Below are positions 58,580 through 64,000 of a stretch of 64,000 nt of DNA, piece after piece. The notes beneath the pieces were generated by a model that saw only the letters and a list, made by a program, of their open reading frames with translations, had not been told where the DNA came from and did no database searches. The DNA is from an uncultured Candidatus Saccharibacteria bacterium (GTDB lineage: Bacteria; Patescibacteriota; Dojkabacteria; SC72): positions 46,468 to 110,467 of the forward strand of contig CAZSUV010000002.1 in the NCBI GenBank assembly GCA_964610125.1, given 5' to 3'. A program made the position numbers and the translations under genes. Each line of letters opens with the position of its first letter. The first letter of the stretch is position 1.

Positions 58580-58974
58580 GATCTTTCTCCTTTTTTTTAT
58601 ACATATGAGTTAATTTTTTTTTGAAAAAACCTTCAGTATATTCGGTCGCCACAACCATACCTTACTTATTACATATTCCTATATAAGAAATAAGGTACGG
58701 TTGTAACTATTGGAGAAGATCATTTGCCATAACCTTCCATATGATATTTGTATATAGTGGATTAAAAATAATCACACAATACAAATTATTTTAAAGAACT
58801 TTGTTTCTATTAAAAGAAACATTATAGAGATATAAATATCGCTAACTATGAATCTTCTAAGTATTATTGGTGGAAAAATTTTTAAAGTGCAGTTTAAAAT
58901 TTTTAAATATATTTATTAACACAATACTGTAGGGTAATACGTATGCATTACCCTACTCTATTGGTCAAAAGCTA

Positions 58975-59199
58975 TTAAGCTTTTGCTTGATTCTTAAAGT
59001 ATTTTCCTTCTAACATTAATGCTATTCCTATACCAAAAACGATTAGAGCTACTCCAGCGAATACACTCTTGCTATCTAAAACAAAAGAAGTATCTACAGG
59101 TGTATGTCCATAACCATCAGCAAAGGTAGCAGATGTGTTTAGAAGTATTAAACCTAAAGAAGTTGCCAATACTGAAAAAGTCTTTTTCATAATTGACAC
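58975..59199 (-). CDS. small secreted peptide with tripartite C-terminus (motif region, TM, basic tail), adjacent to sortase
   Basis: Signal peptide MSIMKKTFSVLATSLGLILLNTSATFA. C-terminal VFAGVALIVFGIGIALML followed by KYFKNQAKA. No LPXTG. Confidence 0.45.
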   Translation of the reverse strand: MSIMKKTFSVLATSLGLILLNTSATFADGYGHTPVDTSFVLDSKSVFAGVALIVFGIGIALMLEGKYFKNQAKA

Positions 59200-59282
59200 A
59201 TAATAAATTTATTAATGAACTAATAGAATTATACTATAAGCCTATGAAAATATCAATATGTCCCCTGTTGGGTGAAATTATA

Positions 59283-59963
59283 TTAAACGGGATTACCGTT
59301 AATCGATATGAGATTTGCGAATCTAAATATACGAATTGGTGAGTTGTAATATTTACATGTATATAGGATTAGGTCTGCATCGATATCCTTTATATACTTA
59401 CTTTCATCCGTGACAGTTATCTCATACACATACTCTCTCTGATTCCAAATAATAGTAATATGATCTCCAACAGTAGTTTGAGGAAGATTAAAGAATGATA
59501 TTGTATTTCGGTATTCAGTACTCCAAGAAGAATAGCCAAATCTATGCGAGGCAATGATAATGGACTTGCTTGTTTCTCCAAGATAGTTTTGCTCAGGATC
59601 TGCGTAACCATATACAATCCATGGTCCCTTTTTTAGAGCTTCAGTGGAATCTTCTCCCGCTATGATTTCTGCCTTTACACCTATTCTAGAAATAACTATA
59701 GAATTCTTCTCGATTAATGATGTGTCTTTTTCTGGGAGTGTAATTTGGGGTACCTCTGTCGGCACAACTGTATTCACAACAGGTTCTGTTGTAATTGGAG
59801 TGTTTAAACTTTCAGCTTCTTTCTCTGGGGAATTTAGATTAAGTTTGTTGAATACATATGGAAGTTGAGGATATGCAAGAAGTGCAATTGCTGCGAAGCA
59901 AAGGATAGCACCAATGACTGTATAAAGATTACCGGTTACATTTAAAGCTTTTTCTTTTTTCAT
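59283..59963 (-). CDS. sortase family transpeptidase
   Basis: N-terminal TM. IIASHRFG (His), LILYTCKYY (TLxTC-like Cys) and RIFRFA (Arg). Confidence 0.7.
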   Translation of the reverse strand: MKKEKALNVTGNLYTVIGAILCFAAIALLAYPQLPYVFNKLNLNSPEKEAESLNTPITTEPVVNTVVPTEVPQITLPEKDTSLIEKNSIVISRIGVKAEIIAGEDSTEALKKGPWIVYGYADPEQNYLGETSKSIIIASHRFGYSSWSTEYRNTISFFNLPQTTVGDHITIIWNQREYVYEITVTDESKYIKDIDADLILYTCKYYNSPIRIFRFANLISINGNPV

Positions 59964-59984
59964 TTATGATATTTCCCAAAAGAT

Positions 59985-60617
59985 TTAAATTAATATCGGA
60001 GAATTCCCAAGGGTTCTTTCTTTCAGAAGGGTGATCCTTTCTTTTAGTGGTTTTTTATCTATGCAAAAGGTTGCAATATTGTATGGGACTACGAGTGTGG
60101 TTGGAATTGTGGATCTCCAAACAGGTACTGTAGCACTGGCTTGTATAGTTCCATTTCTAAGAGAATTGAGTAATGAGAGTGTTCTATTATTTCCATCTAT
60201 TACATGTCCTGTCGTATATGGAAGGAGTAGCTGATTTCTAAGTATAAATAATGGATAATCGGCGCCTTTTTCTTGATTAGATATGACAAGGTTAGACAAT
60301 TCATCAGATATGTTATTAATTCTTGCAATATTTTCTTGTGGCAGATAATTCTTTATTATATCCCAGTGCTTAGCAATTTCGCTTGCTTGTGATGTACCTG
60401 TTTGTTTCCAGATATCATAAGAAAATTCTCCTGGGTTTCCAACATACAACTGTAAGTTCTCCATGTCCATTAACTCTCCTACCGGGATATCTTCCTTCTC
60501 CCAGTTTTTATTTGCAAGCTCTGCAGCTATTGGGAATCTAAAATTTTCTCCTCCCCGATCTGCTTTCTCCTCTTGGATTCTAGAATAGTCTTGTTTTACT
60601 TCGCCTATATTATCCAT
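59985..60617 (-). CDS. hypothetical protein
   Basis: 210 aa, no motif. Confidence 0.45.
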   Translation of the reverse strand: MDNIGEVKQDYSRIQEEKADRGGENFRFPIAAELANKNWEKEDIPVGELMDMENLQLYVGNPGEFSYDIWKQTGTSQASEIAKHWDIIKNYLPQENIARINNISDELSNLVISNQEKGADYPLFILRNQLLLPYTTGHVIDGNNRTLSLLNSLRNGTIQASATVPVWRSTIPTTLVVPYNIATFCIDKKPLKERITLLKERTLGNSPILI

Positions 60618-60635
60618 AAATAAATATAAAATATC

Positions 60636-61430
60636 TTAATTCTTACTCTCTAAATATACCTCTAAAATCATACCACTATTATGCATCTCTTGTGCATTAG
60701 CAACCCCTATATATCTGTAATGCCAACTCTCATAGCTATATCCAGTTGTACTCTCATATCCACTAGGATAGCTAATAACAAAACCATATTTCCAGGAGTT
60801 ATCATATAACCAAGCTGCTGCTCTTGTGGTATAGAAGCTACCCCCTAACCCATCAGCTACTTCACTACTACTGAAGTCTACAGCAGTTCCTAATTGATGT
60901 TGGCTATGTCCTGCTCTAGCAGATATCTTGTCTGCTCCATCTATCCCATTTATACTTACCCAATGATTGTATGTATTTATTTGCATATTGTAAGAACGAT
61001 ATCCGGATACAATGCTCAAATCTATTGAAGCTGTTTTTGCCGCATTAACCATATTAGTAAGGTCTGGAATTACAATATTCCTAACATAATACGCACCACC
61101 AAGACGAAGTCCTGAGTTACTTGCAAGTACTAAATCACTAGGAGCATATGATTGTGGTAATTGATATTCCTTGTTAACAAGTACTAATAGGTCATCTCCA
61201 GATCTAGTGACTGGTTTAATCTCTTTGGTGTATCTCCACCATTTTGCTGCATTAGAGGTTGATACTACTGAAGGTTTAATCTCTGTACTTTGTGTATATT
61301 CAACAATTTGTTGGTTAATTGGAAGGTTTCTTTTATCCTCATTCTTTTGTGTTATGGCTATTGCTGAGTCTGGTGTAAGTCTAAAAGAGGTTGATAGGAA
61401 AGCAATAACTGCTAAAAAGGTAGTTTTCAT
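60636..61430 (-). CDS. D-alanyl-D-alanine carboxypeptidase, peptidase M15B (VanY-like)
   Basis: Signal peptide. SGYRSY..., HSQHQLGTAVDF and ESWHYRYIG zinc-binding motifs. Confidence 0.75.
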   Translation of the reverse strand: MKTTFLAVIAFLSTSFRLTPDSAIAITQKNEDKRNLPINQQIVEYTQSTEIKPSVVSTSNAAKWWRYTKEIKPVTRSGDDLLVLVNKEYQLPQSYAPSDLVLASNSGLRLGGAYYVRNIVIPDLTNMVNAAKTASIDLSIVSGYRSYNMQINTYNHWVSINGIDGADKISARAGHSQHQLGTAVDFSSSEVADGLGGSFYTTRAAAWLYDNSWKYGFVISYPSGYESTTGYSYESWHYRYIGVANAQEMHNSGMILEVYLESKN

Positions 61431-61543
61431 TCCACCATTATATCCTAAAAATATTACAAGGTGTGTATATCATATTTTAGGTCATGAAATATATTTTCAA
61501 AGGGATATACTTAGGATATATATAAATTGTTAGGAGAAATATT

Positions 61544-61747
61544 ATGAATATCAATATCATGGATATTAACAAAATGGCTCTTAACATGGAAAAGATGAAT
61601 GTTAAGTTGGAGCATCTCATTAAGCAATTGGAGAAGAATAAAGTTAAGTATCCAATAGGGTTAACGTATGACAAGTTGTACGAGGAGATAACAGCTTCAG
61701 TAGATAAAGGAATAGTAAAAAATTTTAAAATTGTAAGGATTTCGTAA
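61544..61747 (+). CDS. small hypothetical protein
   Basis: 67 aa, coiled-coil-like. Confidence 0.35.
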   Translation: MNINIMDINKMALNMEKMNVKLEHLIKQLEKNKVKYPIGLTYDKLYEEITASVDKGIVKNFKIVRIS

Positions 61748-61770
61748 GATTTAACATTTACAATATATCT

Positions 61771-62082
61771 ATGCTTACAAAAGAGGATTTAAAGAAAATC
61801 GAAGAATTGTTGCAACCTAAGTTTGATGCTGTTGAGCAAAGGCTAGATGTTGTTGAGAAGAGGTTGGATAACATTGTAGAAATAGTCGCACTTCACACTA
61901 CCTTGTTAAAAGACATAAATCTTAGACTAATATCCGTAGAGGGTAATGTCGAAAGAATGAGTCTTTCGATTGAAAATATTTGGTCTAAACTCAGTCTTCT
62001 CTCTGCAAAGATAAAAGTCCAAGAAGATAAAACCAATACATATAATATGCTTTTAGATAAAGGCAAGGATCGATATAAATAG
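61771..62082 (+). CDS. small coiled-coil hypothetical protein
   Basis: 103 aa, heptad-like. Confidence 0.4.
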   Translation: MLTKEDLKKIEELLQPKFDAVEQRLDVVEKRLDNIVEIVALHTTLLKDINLRLISVEGNVERMSLSIENIWSKLSLLSAKIKVQEDKTNTYNMLLDKGKDRYK

Positions 62083-62092
62083 CTTTCGACTC

Positions 62093-64000
62093 TTAGAGTA
62101 AAGCTACTGTAGCTACCCTATCATCTCCACCTATATTCATAATCTTAACACCTGAGGTCTGTCTGCCAAGTTTTGGAACTGTTTTGAGTTCTGAACGTAT
62201 GACCTTAGACTTCTCAGATATGACTACAATCTCTTCTTGTTCTGGCTCTATGATTCTTGCTGTAGATATCTTTCCAGTTTTAGGAGTTACTCTAAACGTA
62301 AATACTCCGGTTCCACCTCTTTTTTGAGTTGGATATTCCTTAAGTACAGACATTTTACCGAAACCGTTCTCAGAAAGAGTTAATACCATCATATCGTTGT
62401 TTTTAACTATACCCATACCTGTTACACAGTCAGTAGTAGATTTAAACTTAATAGCTGTAACACCTCTTGTATTTCTACCCATTGGCCTTACGTCAGATTC
62501 TTTAAATCTTACAGACTTCCCTTCTGCAGTTACAATCAAAACTTCATCTTTTCCTGTAGTTGGTTTGACCCACGCTAATGAGTCCCCTGTCTCAAGCTTT
62601 ATTGCTGTCAATCCATTAGACCTAATCTTTGCAAATTCTGAAAGTTCTGTTTTCTTGATAATTCCCTTCTCAGTTACCATTAAGAAGAACTCATAAGGCA
62701 CGGCTTCCCCACTTGTTTGTTGTTCTTTAATTACTCCCTTTGGATCTCTTGTTAAAACGGATGTAATTATTTCTTCTGGTTCTAATTGTACAAGATTTAC
62801 TAATGGTAATCCTTTTGCAGTTCTACCATATTCAGGTATTTCAAAGATTCTTAGATTGAAGACCTTTCCTCTATTGGTGAAAAGTAATAGCTCATCATGG
62901 GTATTACATAGGAATGCATGTTCAATGAAATCGCCTTCCTTAGTATCTCCACCTGAGACTCCTTTTCCACCTCGCTTTTGTGCTTTGTATGTATCAGGGG
63001 TTAGTCGTTTGATGTATCCAGAATGGGTTATGGTTACTAACATATCTTCTGATGCAATCATATCCTCTTCGGAGATTTCATCTATCTTACCCTTTATGAC
63101 CTTAGATCTTCTCTCATCTCCATATTTCTCTTTTACTTCCTCTAAATCTTCATTGATGATTTCAAGTATTCTAGCAGGATTTTCCAATATTGCATTGTAT
63201 GTTTTAATATTTTCTTGTAGTTCCTTGTACTCATTTTCTAATTTCATTCTTTCGAGTGCAGCTAGTCTTCTAAGTTGCATATCTAAGATTGCTTGAGCTT
63301 GTACTTCTGTAAACTTGAACTTGTCCATCAAATTGGTTTTCGCAGTTTCCTGAGTTTTGGAAGTACGAATGGTTGTAATAACCTCGTCAAGTAAATCTAA
63401 AGCTTTGATTAATCCTTCCAAGATATGTGCTCTAAATCTTGCTTCTGCAAGATCAAATTCATATCTACGAATGGTAACTGTCATTCTAAATGACAAGAAT
63501 AGCTCCAAGATTCTCTTCAATGGTAGTGTCTTTGGCTGTTGTTCTACTAATGCAATCATATTCATGTTGAATACCTTTTGCATTTCGGTATATTTGTAGA
63601 GCTTGTTTAATACTGCCTTTGGTTGTGCTTCTCTCTTTAATACGATTACTATTCTTAATCCTTCTCTACTGGACTCATCCCTAATATCCGCAATACCTTC
63701 CAATTTCTTCTCTTTGACTAAGTCAGCCATTCTCTCAATCATGTGTGCCTTGTTTACTTGGAATGGTATCTCTGTAACTATGATATTGAATCTGCCTTGT
63801 TTGCCTTCTACAATGGAAGCCTTTGCTCTTTGTAAAACTCTTCCTCTACCGGTTGCATATGCATTTAAGATTTCTTTTTGATCATAGATAGTTGCACCGG
63901 TTGGAAAATCAGGTCCAGGAATGATCTCTATTAAGTCTAATGGAGATATTTCGGATTTGAAGTCTGGGTACAGAACATTATTTTCAAGAGCGATTTTCTC
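62093..64000 (-). CDS. gyrA: DNA gyrase subunit A (N-terminal part beyond window edge)
   Basis: The reading frame continues past the listed Met at 63742 to the window end (..IPGPDFPTGATIYD..NAYATGRGRV..). C-terminal beta-pinwheel repeats. Confidence 0.85.
   Translation of the reverse strand, partial: EKIALENNVLYPDFKSEISPLDLIEIIPGPDFPTGATIYDQKEILNAYATGRGRVLQRAKASIVEGKQGRFNIIVTEIPFQVNKAHMIERMADLVKEKKLEGIADIRDESSREGLRIVIVLKREAQPKAVLNKLYKYTEMQKVFNMNMIALVEQQPKTLPLKRILELFLSFRMTVTIRRYEFDLAEARFRAHILEGLIKALDLLDEVITTIRTSKTQETAKTNLMDKFKFTEVQAQAILDMQLRRLAALERMKLENEYKELQENIKTYNAILENPARILEIINEDLEEVKEKYGDERRSKVIKGKIDEISEEDMIASEDMLVTITHSGYIKRLTPDTYKAQKRGGKGVSGGDTKEGDFIEHAFLCNTHDELLLFTNRGKVFNLRIFEIPEYGRTAKGLPLVNLVQLEPEEIITSVLTRDPKGVIKEQQTSGEAVPYEFFLMVTEKGIIKKTELSEFAKIRSNGLTAIKLETGDSLAWVKPTTGKDEVLIVTAEGKSVRFKESDVRPMGRNTRGVTAIKFKSTTDCVTGMGIVKNNDMMVLTLSENGFGKMSVLKEYPTQKRGGTGVFTFRVTPKTGKISTARIIEPEQEEIVVISEKSKVIRSELKTVPKLGRQTSGVKIMNIGGDDRVATVALL

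Noticed and set aside
1-64000. Alternative genetic code (UGA recoding as in some CPR lineages)
   Set aside because: Long ORFs are uninterrupted under code 11, and TGA terminates a well-defined gene (4379-4687) directly before its terminator. RF1 is present. No evidence for recoding.

Overview
AT-rich chromosomal segment (GC estimated by eye, not computed), gene-dense, mostly small proteins, standard code (TGA is used as a stop, e.g. 4685-4687). The gene content points to a Candidate Phyla Radiation / Patescibacteria-like bacterium. The supporting evidence is an archaeal-type AMP-salvage pair (ribose-1,5-bisphosphate isomerase e2b2 plus AMP phosphorylase), a Gram-positive-like envelope tool-kit (sortase, an LPKTG-anchored protein, an LCP protein, a VanY-type M15 peptidase, CtpA, HtrA) and many membrane proteins. 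Conserved housekeeping blocks are rpsF-ssb-rpsR, rpmE/prfA/prmC, dnaB, yebC-ruvC-ruvA-ruvB, ychF, cca, rluD and gyrA (cut at the 3' window edge). There are two tRNAs: Ser(TGA) and Leu(CAA). The variable content worth follow-up is: (i) a duplicated promoter/operator-leader module driving two unrelated small ORFs, each followed by a conserved 'AACAAAAAGAC'+hairpin; (ii) two near-identical consensus sigma70-like promoters in front of two unknown small genes; (iii) an RGG-box/tandem zinc-ribbon protein; (iv) a divergent actin-like ATPase plus barrel-sandwich-hybrid protein pair in front of ctpA/htrA; (v) an orphan membrane-anchored T4CP (TraD/VirD4)-like ATPase; (vi) an unusually long tyrosine recombinase preceded by a 458-nt ORF-free region with terminal inverted repeats, followed by an all-minus-strand block (50.4-61.4 kb) encoding a giant repeat protein with an acidic partner, a GT4-GT2 fusion plus GT-C membrane glycosylation cluster, a compositionally GC-rich (QAPAN)n repeat membrane protein, and a sortase with an adjacent 74-aa peptide that has a tripartite sorting-signal-like C-terminus without LPXTG. 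No CRISPR array and no rRNA were seen. All homology calls are motif recognition by eye, not database searches.
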